Of a stretch of DNA of 64,000 bases, positions 28,201 through 41,116 are shown in pieces. The DNA is taken from the NCBI GenBank assembly GCA_976551045.1, contig CDPCPM010000231.1, forward strand, positions 62,001 through 126,000, given 5' to 3'. Numbering within the stretch: the first letter of the stretch is position 1; the number at the start of each line of letters is the position of its first letter. The notes beneath the pieces are model-generated. The model saw only the letters and a list, made by a program, of their open reading frames with translations, did not search any database and was not told where the DNA came from. The position numbers and the translations under genes are program-made. Source of the stretch: Glaucostegus cemiculus. Its lineage: Eukaryota.

Positions 28201-31200
28201 CTCCACAGATGCTGCCTGATCTACTGAGTTCCTCCAGCAGTTTGCTATTTGCAAAATATTCCAGCATCTGCAGTCTCTTGCGTCTCCATTGAACTACATG
28301 ACTTTTGATGTCATTAGGTGCGTGACTGACTCTAGGCAAATGTTAGACCCACTAAAGTGAGCTGTCTACAGAAGTGCCTGGATCAATTTCCCAACAGCTG
28401 TGATTTCACCCAGAAGTGATCATCTTTATCATTACAACATTCAGTCCCATTTCTGAACAGATATTAGTCAGCTGTTTCTTCAAAAACATTAATTAATATC
28501 GAGAAAATAATGATTTTTTTTAGAAGCAGTTTCACTTACGAACCACCCTGTAGGAACGGAACAACTGTGACTCTTCTGCCTTACTTGACTTGGTGTTTGT
28601 TAATTTTGAATATTGCTGTTCTCTAGTTTTATGTTCACAGTCAAGTTCAATAAACCACCTGGATGCACAGTTGATGTACCTCTCAGCATTTTACAGGCTT
28701 GTCTGAGCTTTGTATCTTACTGTAACTTAGAGATGACATTGTCATGTCAGAATGTTTATAACATCCACAAAATTTTTCTGGGAAGTCTTTCCTTCACTCC
28801 ACATGCCCTTTGACAAATAGATGTCCATCCTTTGAATGTTCTAAAAGCAAAGGTTTTGGCAAATTAAATCCAAACCTAGGGACAGGTTGGTCGCATAAAG
28901 ACCTGTGAACAGAGAAATGCATTTCCATGGAAGGTTGTGGATGGAATGTCCATTAAATGCTTCAATCTAAAATGGATAATTACAGAGGCAAAAAGCAAAA
29001 TAATCAACCATGCAGAAAATTTCAGGGAACTTTCTTTCAAGAGATAGGGATCTAGGCCTAAACTTTCCTTCAAACCATTCCATAAAAACAGTCCTATTCA
29101 GATGAAACGCGGCATAAACTGGAGTGGAGCTGTCAGATAATCCAACTCCTGATTTTCCATTGGAATTTTCACTTGTCTTCGTGCCATTTTTTTTCAGGGT
29201 AAAATTCCCGCAAATGATATCAACAGTTGTGCAATGCCCAAACTTCAGTCTCAGCATAGTTTCCACCAGATTGGTTTGAAAACCCACTCACAGAACAACT
29301 AGGTTTTACTAATCTCACTTCCTCTGAAAGGGTGCTGTTTAAAGAGACAGCACTCAAACTGCATTCTTCACCCTCACTGAGATCCATGACCTCCTGCACA
29401 CATGCTTCTTGACAGTTTTGCCTGTGGAGATTGAGGGCACGGACAATCTCGGCTTCCAAGACTCGATATCATTCCAGGCTCTGATATATCTTACAGATTG
29501 CTGTTCCCTGCTGCATTAGAGGGCTCCTCCCAAACTCCATGCTCAGAGAGAAGACCTTGTCTACTTTTCCTTCAGCCCGTTCCTACCCTGGCATTTTCCT
29601 TCACTGCAGGATTTTCTAAGGTGCAGGCATTCAATGAATTCACTCATGTATTATTTGTTCCTAACAGAAATCTCCCCTACAACTTCATACCAAAAGTGCC
29701 TGGCTGTAACCCTAGAGAGTCTGCATACCCACTTGCACAAAGGGTAGGCCTCCAATAAGTACTTCTCTCCCTCAACCTACACGTGCCCCTCTGAACTCCT
29801 GCAAGCACTTTCCCAACCACCACCAACCACCACCACCAACCTATACGTGCCCCTCTGAACTCCTGCAAGCACTTTCCCAACCACCACAGCCAATCTCACA
29901 AAAATTGCCATTACTGCAGCATCTATTCATTAAGTAACAGCACTTCCCTATAACTGGAAGTATGCTGATTCATGACACTGTGGTCTATCCCTTTAAGAGC
30001 TGGCTGCCGAGAACCACTTGGTTAATGCCAGCAGATGTGAGGAATCGTAACGAGTCAAAGGAGTGTTCAAGATGAAGTTGACACAGCCCTGTGCTGAACC
30101 CCACATATGAAAATCTCTGTCTTTATAAGACTTTCACAGACAGTTTTAGAATGATGCCCAGTGGTGTTTATATCCTGGTAAACTGATGAAAAGTTCACTT
30201 CCTTGGCCCCATCAAAGGATTATGAGGAACTAAAAGTGCTGGCTACTTTTGTTAATTAAAGGTCATTGAAATACCTCTAGAACCCATTTATCTTTTGGCA
30301 ATATTTTTAACTAATTGGAAAGTTTTGGTAAGTTGTAAGTAATCACACCTAACTTTTTTTTTCCATATTTGCTGCTGGGCAGTTTTCACTATGTCGCCTT
30401 GCTTTATGATTTTAGATAGACTTTCCTAAGGTACAAGTAACTTGTGTTTAAAACTCATAGGTTAAATAAGTCAAAATCTCTTCGATATTGATTTGTCTTT
30501 GGCTAATCACTTGGTAGTGCAAGTGATTGGAAAAAATGTCAGCTGCTGCTGCTGGAGGATCTTTCCCTGTGACCATATAACACAGAGGTATGTGGGACTC
30601 CACTGGTTAATATAGTCAGACAGAAATTCCAATTCTGCTCACAGCTCACTCTGTCTAGTTCAGGCAGATTCTAATCCAATTGCCTGATGGTAACTGAGCC
30701 CATAAATTCCAGTTCATTTGGAAGCCTTGCATGTGAAAATTAGTCACATGCGTTCCACGTATCCATGCAGATTATGTCCATGACATTGTTCTTAGGCTTA
30801 ACTATAGCCAGTTTTGTGAGGCATATTGCTCCATATAACTTCCCAGCTTCCTTCATGGTGCTCCTTCAGCACTTTACTCAGTGGAGCTTTTCGGCCAACT
30901 GGTCTGAAATTCTCTTGGTTGTCTGCAACATCATCCCAGCAGATTGATGGTACCTTAAGGAAACCGTGTTAACAGCTGAAGACGGCCATTTAAGCTGTTT
31001 CTGTATTGGTGCCCAGAATGAATCATAGAGACAGTTAGAGAGCCTTCATGAAAGTTAAGGCCTTCTGTGTTGATGATTCAGTCCTTCCAGAGGTTTGAAA
31101 CTAGTGTGCTACAGAGTGCATTTCTGTTCCAGAAATTTGGCTGGGTTTCAGATGAAACAGAAATGTACAGCCAGAATGTAAATTGCCAGCAGTATATTGC

Positions 31201-34200
31201 ATACACACTTTATGTTCGTTCCAGCCTTTAATCTCTGTCTGCAGGTTAAACCAATAAGATTGCAGTAATTTTCCCATTTTCTGTCTGAAGCTTTCAGTTA
31301 AATGTGCATGTTGACATCACACAATGATTTCACCCACATTGGTGAGCTCTGTAATGATGAACGCCTTCACATTTTGGGGGTGGTGGAATCAGCTTTTGTA
31401 ACTGTCTAACATCAGACAAGCAGTCATGACAGTCTTTGTGCCTCTGATTACTTTAGCAGAAGAAGTAATCAATTTTTGTAATTGCTAATTTGAACAGATG
31501 AGCCGTGAATGTCAATTGCACTTATAGGCAGTTGGACTTTGGAGTGGGCCCACACATGTGGCTCCAGGATTACTGGGATCATTACGAAAACACTCTCTCT
31601 CCTTCCTGCCTCCTGTCACCCATACACTACTGAGGCCAGAATAACTTTAAAACTGAGATTAGCAGCATTTCTGATGAAGGATCTTCAACCTAAAGCAGTA
31701 ACTCTGTTTCTCTTTCACTTGCTAAATGTTTCCAGCATTTTCTATTTTATTACCTCTTGACAGAATTTTGCCAGGCAATGGTATTGGAGCCTGTAGAGCT
31801 AAGCCAGGTAAATGGAGTTAGGACGCTGTTAAGCCATGAGCGGATCAGTAGCCTAGTCCCAAATTACTATCAGGGAGGTCAATGGATAACAGAATCAACA
31901 ACACAATCATGAAAAAAAACCACACTGAAAATCCCAGGAAAGGGATTACCAGACATACTTCCAGTTTTACCCAATTATAGATTGTGATCTCTATAGAGCA
32001 TTGGCAAATGCTGAAGGGGATATGCATAGCACTATATAAATGCAGTTGAGCAGATGATTGCTTCTGTAACCTCTTCTGACTACGTTTTGTGGTCGAATTG
32101 CAGAAGGAGAAGATGGATTGATTTCAGAATTGTACTATGGCCATTTGACCTTTATTTCCAACAAATTAGCAAGTCTCTCATCTCTTTACAGTGGCTGGAT
32201 GAGCCAACAGAATGAAGGTCCTTACAGAAGTCAGCATGAGCAGACTTCTTGTGCTTAGTTAAGAACAAGATGTTAGTGCTTGTCCTGCTTTTTTTGGAAT
32301 TCATGCGCAGGTGACCTGTGGCAAAGCTTAAATAGCAACAACCTGTGATAAAGGATTGACAAATAGTCCAGAAGACGCTAATATTGCTACCACAAGAAAG
32401 AACACTCAGCTTGCTGGAGATTTTGGTTTCTATGAAATAAGATTGAGAAAAGAAAGAGGTGGTGGGGTGAAAAGACATTGAAGTACGATGAGGGCAAGTA
32501 CAAATCTCTTATTTAGTGAACCACAAAATCTAGTGGAAAAATTAATCTAGTTCACTTTAGAATTTTCAGTATTCTCAAGGATAGAGATGAATCCAATTAC
32601 TACTTTAAGTTCATTGAGTTTCTTATGATGCTGACTTCATTGAACTCTACGAAGTCTAATGGCTCTTGAGGGATTAAAACAATCCTGGGATCTGTCTACC
32701 ACCTCCAGCTTGTTGCCATGCTGACCTGGTTTATCAGGCACAGCGTGAGAATTGGTAGTTCAGGCAACAGTGCAGATTTCTGAAGAATATGATCTGCTTT
32801 GAAATGATTTTTGAGTTTCCAGTTTCATGATTAGAAAATAGCAAATTAAATGTAAGATTCTAAACTGCCAGTAAATTGTTTAAAGGACTGAAGCAGCAAA
32901 GTTTTACAGCACTGCATCCCAAAGGTAGCAAGGAATGTTATACAGACTTGTGTGTAATACTTTGGGCCTCCATTACGTTGTTTGTGAGTACATTGCTTAA
33001 GAGAAGTAATTACAATGATAAACAATAATTTTCACTAGATATAACAATAAATGGTGTATTCATTATCCTATATGTCTCCTCTGTAAACTTTTGCCTTATT
33101 TTATTTGGTTCTTCCCATGCTGCCCACAATATTTTTGACCAATAATACAATAACAAAATATTCTGGTGGACAGAAATCTGAAATAAAAACAGAAAATTCT
33201 GCAAGTGCAGAGTTAACATTTCAAGTCAATGACCTTTCACCCAAATAGTCATGAGAAGGGGTCCAATCTGAAATTATTACTTATATCCTTGGCCAAGTTC
33301 AGGAAGTAATCTTGTCTCTCTGCCAGACTACTTCATAACTTTCTTCTAGCAGATACATAGAACTAAATATGCAGATGAATGAAGAAGCTGGCAACTGAAT
33401 GGTCATGGTGCTGACTGATGTATGTATCTATGCCGAAAAACTGTCAGCTTGAGGATACATAAGGAGTGATGTTCCTCACAGGTACACGGGTTTGTTCTAA
33501 GACTAGTGGGGTGTAGACTTGCTACTTGGCACATAGCTAGTGTGACAGAAACAATGCAGCAAAATTGTCTGATTTTGATTCTCATTAAATTTGTGCTGAC
33601 CAAAAGTGTTGAGAGTCTTGGCTGGTGCTGGACATTCAGTGCTGTGGATGCTATAAGACTGAGTTCACCCAGACAGTCCATACACATGCTTGTTTGCCTC
33701 TTGACGAAAGATCTATTTCTCCATGGTGCCTCCAGCCACCAAACTTTAATAGGAACAAACTTTAATAAACCAAATTTGAACTATGAGTTGGGGGTACATT
33801 AGAACAACCATTCCATTGAGTCAGTTCTAACACCACCTGCATAAGTGGGCTGTTCTTCCTCCTCAAGTCACTCTCACCTTGTCTTGTACCATGGTCTTTA
33901 GTTATGGTTGGGGCAGGTCATGAATCCCTACAAGTATGGCCCTCTGATCTCAGCAAGAGCTCACAGTCTTTTTATTGTTTAGAAAAAAATCTGAGATCTC
34001 AGTCTAAGCCACAAAGTAAAATTGAGAATGAGCACAGGGATGAAGTGGAAGCAATATTTAGAAGGAGAGGGAGTTGGATCCTGGGGATCTGGAGAATGGG
34101 AGATGGTACCTCTTTGTTATAACTGCTCATCTGTTGCTTTGCTATCTAGCAGCAATAGTTCTGTTCCTCCACTAGCAACCCTTCGTCCAGCTGACACCCC

Positions 34201-37200
34201 CAACCAGCACGTAATGAGTGTTGCAGAATAAAATGAAGATTAAACCAGGAGAAAGGGGAAGATGTATCTGAATGACTAAGAGTGAGATTCAATTTGATTT
34301 TGTTCTTGCAAGTCCTTGTGGAAATTCCCAGGCCTTCACTCAAAATTTCTTCATTAAAGTTTGTCAGGAGGTCAACTACTTCTCTCTTGCAACCTACAGG
34401 GATTGTAAGCTGACACTTAAAATGTTACTTTTTAAATTAAAACTAAAATGTAAGTAAAATCTCTCAGGTGTCAAAGTCACTGATTAATTATCACTGCATC
34501 AGAGGCTAAAGTTCTCCCTGTACTATAATGAAGATGATGTAATTTTAATGGATTATCCATCAGCAGATGTAAACTAAGAGCTATAATTTAAATATCTAAT
34601 CATTGGGTCCAACCCACCTTGACCTTGGTCCCCATAGACTGCCCAGTGTTAACCTGGATCAGGGATCCAGGTACAGACTGGACATGGCCTTGCAACAAAG
34701 ACCAATCTGGGCCCTGAGATGCAGAACTAATCTGTCATGAAAGAGGACCTTAGTTTTGCTGTGAAGATAGAATGTGAATTTCAGCCACTTTCTGTGTAGA
34801 GTCTCCTGCAGTACCGTACCTAGTCTGATAACCCATGCCTCTAAAAGTGCTCTCAAAGACCCTCTCCTCGTGAATGGAAAATCCTTAAACCCTGTGTTAC
34901 AGAAGACATTTTTGCCCTGTAATGTTAGTTGTCAGCACAATAGAGTCAGGTTTTCCACTGTCCCAAATTTTCTCATTTTCTTTGCTTACACTGAAAATAT
35001 CCACTAAAACCTCTGCCTTTCACTAACTTACTTCAGGTCCTTTGGAAAATTTCAGTTCAGTTCTTTAATTTAGCTGAAAATAGTTTAATTTTAGTCTAAT
35101 TACATCAGACTATCGGCATAACCTGGTGAAAACTCAAAGCCTTTGTACTTAATGTGACATAATGATGAATCAATATCTTCATACTGCAATTTCCAACTGT
35201 CACAGACCTCAGTTGTCCAAGATGATTCACACTCCTTCATATCAATATCTACATTCTGGTTATAGTGTGATGAGATTCTGAGGTATAGCGAGACCAGTGT
35301 CGACGTCAGCAGAGGTTTCCAGTTTACTAGATCAGGAAACATGGGAATCTCCTAATCCTTGCTTGTTAGTCCCATCCAAGATTTGCTGTCATGGAGACAG
35401 ACTAAACCTTGTTCTTCTCTTCTAAGAGGAACTGATGATAGAAGATGCATTAAATGATGACTCCATATGAAGAGTCTCAATCCAAAATGTCGACTGGTTT
35501 GACTTTTTTCGATGTCTCAACCTGACAGGGAGTCCGATAGAGACTTTGCACTGGCTTCATTGATATGTAATTGGGGTTCCTGAGTTGTCATAACATTTGG
35601 CTGTCTGCTGAACCCTTCAGCTGACATTGGCAAATGATGAGAAATGGTTGTGCTTCAAGCACTAATTAACCTGCCTACCCTCCACCTCACCCTCCATATA
35701 GTTAAGAGCAGCCTTATGTTATACTCTAGAAGTTGTAGCTGCTCAGAACGTCTCAATTGCTAGCTCTGGTTCAAATTTTATTCTTTGTACACTGCATTGT
35801 ATGACAAATGCTGTCAGTGTTGTTGGGCAGGGGGTCATCAGTATAATGAATGTTCAGCGCAAAATTGCCGACATGATACATGGCACTGTGAAAAGGGTTC
35901 TGATACTTTACAGAATTACGTTAGCTTGTGACATCTCTTAGCATAATGGGCCTTATTGTATCATAGCACAGAACATAGGACCGTACAGCACAGGAACAGG
36001 CCTTTCAGCCCACGATGTCTGTGCCGACCATAAGGCTACATTAAACTAAAGCCATCTTCCCACACATGATCCATATCCCTCCACATGTTCATGTGCCTGT
36101 CTAAATGCCTCTTAAATGCCACTGTTATGTCTTTCCATGCTGTACGACTCCATGTCCTTCGCCTTGGTGAATACTGATGCATGCACAATTTCATTCAGTC
36201 CCAGATCTGATGTTTGCACCTTTTATACAGGTCGCTTCGGAGTACTTTAAGGACACCACATTACTCTTGATTGGTGTCATCTGCCTGGCTGCTTCCATTG
36301 AGAAGTGGAACTTGCACAGGAGGATTGCTCTTCGGATGGTGATGTTAGCAGGAGCCAAACCTGGAATGTGAGTATATATCACCTTAAGCTTTATGGTTCA
36401 TCTGTGTAGGGAGTATAGGGTCTAGGGCAACACAGCAGGGCTTCAATAAAAGCCTAGGTGTATTCCAGCCTCTTAGTGTCTAGGTTTATTGAAGGGAATG
36501 TTTGCCAATTCATCCGATAACTGGGCAAACAATGTCCCTAACATTAGAAAAGTGAGCAGAGCCTGGTTATGCTGGCCCCTCCATTTTTCTAATGCTGGAC
36601 TGAATATTTTAACTGACATTTGAAGCAGATCCCACTTTCTCCATCACATCATCTAACAGAGGCCCTGTGCTGCATTCACCTGGAATACTTGGAATTTGCA
36701 TTCCTGGAATTTCAGCACAGAAGCACAAAATAAAATTCCTGGATGAAGAATAATTGTACCATGGATTGCAAGGGGCTGTGTTCAGTGCCAAGGTGTGTAC
36801 AACAAGGCCTGTAAGAAGGCTTTTCAATGTCAGGAATGCCTAGTATGATTTATTTCCCCAAGTATCCCAGCATTCCTTTTTCAATGCAAACCACAGCAAC
36901 AACACAATAGGAATTGCCCTCTCCTTCCGTTCTTCAGGAAGGAGGGAGGAAGGAAGGAAGGAACAAGCTGCACCAGAGTCAGTTCAGGTCCACTGGTGAC
37001 ACATCCACCCAAGCACCTGTAGGCTGAGGTCTCTCTGCCGAGATCTCACAGGGAGAGCTACCAGGAGATGATCCTCTCATGTAGAACCACCTCACCAGTA
37101 ATCTGCAAGGGGTTAGGTGTCACTTTTTTCATGCCTTGGCTAAGGTAACATTTTTCCCTTATTCATTTATGATGTTAGCCACTGAGTTTTCTCAGTTGCT

Positions 37201-40200
37201 TTGTTGTCTGGACAGTTTTACGAAGGTAAGTACATAGCAGAATGCCTCAGAAACATTAGCTGCCTTTTTGGCCTGATTACCCTCCTTATCGCTCCCTTGG
37301 TGAATACCCAAGGGCAGGCTCAATATTATGTAAATACAGCTGACCCTACAAATTAAGAAGGATGAGTGCTAATAATGCACTGCTGGCTCTTAGTCAAACA
37401 GAAGCCTGATCAAAATCTTCTTATCCACAGGGGACTGTGCTGGAAATTGTTCTGATCCAGCAGATCATCCCAGCAGGCCTCAGGTGTAGAGTTTTTGCTT
37501 AGGGTGGACCCTTTCACAAGTAACAGAAAAGTTTGTAGCATTAAATGCATGTTTCACACTTCACCAATGTTTCTGCAGCAAAGACACAAGAATAACAGCA
37601 GGTCGGCTCTCTGTGGCACTTTGTGGGCGTTGGAAATACATGCTTAGAGTATGGAGACCTCCAGTGGCAGTAGGGGGCACTGCAGCCACATTGAAATCAA
37701 AATCTATGAATGTTTAAAACTTTAAAGCAGTAATTATTATAATGGAATCCACTGATGGTTCATAGAATTGGCAAACCAATGGAACATTTCGCATTGTGAC
37801 AAGAAATATATTTTTGGCTGCATTCACAAGTTACTGTAGAATAGGGATTGTTGTGCAATGGGTAAGAAACTGGCAAAAGGGTAATACAAGGCCTGTAGAC
37901 CAAAATGTAGTCAAACAGGGAGGGCACCTACACAGAGAGCACATGGGTTCCATTACAGGCATTCAAAACCCTTCAGAGGGTCCATGATCCAGAAGGAGCT
38001 GATCACCTGAACAGAAAGCTGACCTTTCTTCTGAGAATTGAAGAGTTTTGCAGCATATTCCTTGGGCCACCTCTACTGGATCAAAGTGGAGTAAGATGGC
38101 TGTGACAATCCTGGATTCCTACCCTCTGTCGATTCAGGTGCAGAGGATGCGTCTACCTCATTCTCCCAGATTGGGACAGGATTAGCATCCCTCAGTGTTG
38201 ACCCTGTCCAATCAGCCACCTACTGTTAGGGTGGGGCCATAGGTATCTTGGCTGCTGCACCCTGGTTTCTAGATGCTGGTCCAACGTGGTCTGGCTTTAA
38301 CCAACCTCACTGGCAAGGCCCTAACATCAGCTTCCATTTCTCCTTCCACCCCCTCCCCCTCCCCCACACCCCCACCTTTGGTGCTAAGTACTCTGCTAGT
38401 TACTTACATTCATTTTTGCTTACAGGTTAGTTCTTGGCTTCATGTGTTGTACTGTGTTCTTGTCCATGTGGCTCAGTAACACCTCCACCACTGCCATGGT
38501 GATGCCAATCGCAGAAGCTGTCCTGCAACAGCTCATCAACACCAGCCTGGAATCCGATGTCGAGTTAGCTGTAATCACTGACACTGACAGTGTGGAAGAT
38601 ACATACTCTGCCTCAGGCTCCCAAAAATACGGTGGGTATTAGTTTTCCCGGTTCCTGTAACTCACAATTACTGCAGCAACTTGGAGTAACTCACAACAAC
38701 ATTAATACACATTCTTCTTAGTGAGTCACAGTGACTGCAGTAGTTTGCATTGTTTGTAGTAATTCACAATGACTACACTAACTCAGTTCCTTTGTAATAA
38801 TTCACATTGACTACGTGCACCAGTTTGCCATTCCAATATTTTTGTCTTCAAACTCCCTGCTTTTTGGTAGAGGTCATTAAATTAACTGGCACTTTAAAAG
38901 GCTCAGCATCTACAAGAGACAGGTGTTGGACTATCTTGCTGTAAGATCATATCAAAATTATAGCTGGCTGATAGTCACGTTAGAGAGCCGTAACTCTTTC
39001 ATTATGGCCAGTTTGGGCAAGTTAAAATCAACCCCATTTCCTTCTCCTGGACATGTTGACCTTCACAGGGGTACGGTCCACAGTGAGACCCCAGCACCTT
39101 ATCCATTCTTTCTGAATGGTCAGAGACAGGGAGGAGGCATCTGGCTTTTTGGCCACAGCAAGCCACCAATAACAAAGCAGTGGTGCAACAGGTAGAGTTG
39201 CTACTACACAGCTCCAGCAACCTGGGTTTGATCCTGACCACTGGTGCTGTCTGTATAAATTTGTACATTTTCCCTGTGACTACTTGGATTTGACTTGGGT
39301 TCTCTATTTTCCTCCCACATCTTGAATGTGCACTGATAGGGTAACTGGCTACTGAAACATTCCCCTAGTGTGCCAGTGAGTGTCAGGAAAATTGGTGGTG
39401 AGGGGAGGGGGGTGGGGTAGGGTGGAGTTGATGGCCATGTGGGAGAGAATAGGTTAGAGGGAAAGAAGTGGGGAAATAGGTCTGTTGGGATGCTTTGGGA
39501 ACTGCCGAATGTCCTTCTATATCGTAAAGAAGTATGAAATTTGAAAACTTTATGATAATCTGCTCTTTACCTGTGAGTCTACTCTCAAGGGCCAACATGG
39601 ATTGCACGGATTTTGATCAGGAACAGGCTTCCCTCCTGAGTGCTGAGGCACTGAAGCCATTACTAACAGCACAGCTGTCAGCTGACACTGGTAGAGGCTG
39701 GAGACCAAGCGCGGCCTGGCTAAGGACAATGGGCGGCAGTACCTCCCAGCCAGCCATGGAGTTGGCCTCTTTTTCACTTCTGCTTTTTTCATTTGCAAGT
39801 TTCCTTATCTGCCCCTTATTCCTTCCAGAGGAGGAGAATGAGAAGAAGCAGCTGGAGCTCATCTACCTTAAAGAAAAGTAAGTTTCCCACTGTGCTTGTG
39901 GTTCAAGTTATGTGAACTGGGCTCCAGGAATGGGACAGGGGATGGGAGCTGGTTTAGAATCCAGGAAGACTTGATTTTCAATTTACCTGATGATTAGCTT
40001 AAACTGAGTTTCTAACTATCTACAATTGGCACTTATTGTTGTTTTGGTTGCTGGGGAAAAAAGGAAATTAATTCCAGAATGACCTGAACCTAATTCAGTG
40101 CTGCCACTGCCCTGTGTGATCCTCACCACAAAGAGTCAACCTTCAGAGCTGAACAGGCTGGTGCCCTTGACTTAAACTCTCATTCAGAAAAAAAAATTTT

Positions 40201-41047
40201 GAGCAATAATTGAAAGGCCTTCAGATGCCATCGTGGTACCAGATGCTATAAGAATTGTGAATAAGAGCTTGTGCATTATAGATATGTCCCAGATGATATG
40301 GAATTAGAAAGGACATTCAAATGATGTAAGGTGAGTATAAACTGGAGTATGTAAGGACAGGAGGAGCTTGTACTGGAACAGGTGTAATTGAAATAGGTCA
40401 TACTTCCTGCTGTTAAATTATTTGTTAATGCTCAGAACAGGACAAGTTTTCTTTTTCTAAGCATTGCGTGTTTCAAGTGTTACACATGGGCAGTGAAGGA
40501 TGTGACGGAGAGAGTGAAGACTGACACTTTGTCCTGGCAGGAGCAAGAAAGCTAAATTTAAACTACCATTGCTTTTGGACTTTGAGATGTTTAACAGGCT
40601 CATAAAGTTGGTTAACGTAACTTGCCATTTCCCTTGGTTTTTGGAAGTCCCCTCTATGATGTCAAAACATATTGAGAAGTTACCTTGAAACAGCCAACAT
40701 TAGAAATTAAGTGCATCAAACTGTGATTATGCAAAGATAAAGGGAGGTAAAGTGTTTATATTACATCTCAATAGGACATCCCAAAAACCATCAGAACCAA
40801 CACTCCTGGAGTACAGTCACTGGTACGTAGGCAAGTATTTTTCAGGGCTTCTTAATCAGCAAAAGCATGAGTGAGTAGTTAATCAGCTTTTGGTAGTTAA
40901 TGGTCAAGCAACTTTGGGTAGGACAGCATGAGAAATTGCTGCTATTCTTTGGGAATTTTCCATGGGCTCTTTTCCAACAACCACGAATGTGAAGCTAGAG
41001 GATGAACCCCTCATTGTGAAGACATCTCCAGGAAAGCAGCCCCACAC

Positions 41048-41116
<69 letters not shown>

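Noticed and set aside
28967-29459. Overlapping minus-strand ORFs that look coding-like
   Set aside because: No recognisable domain or splice context; cannot be supported without a database search.
39178-39245. tRNA-like A/B boxes as a tRNA gene
   Set aside because: No cloverleaf; the sequence continues into a SINE body, so it is a SINE head.
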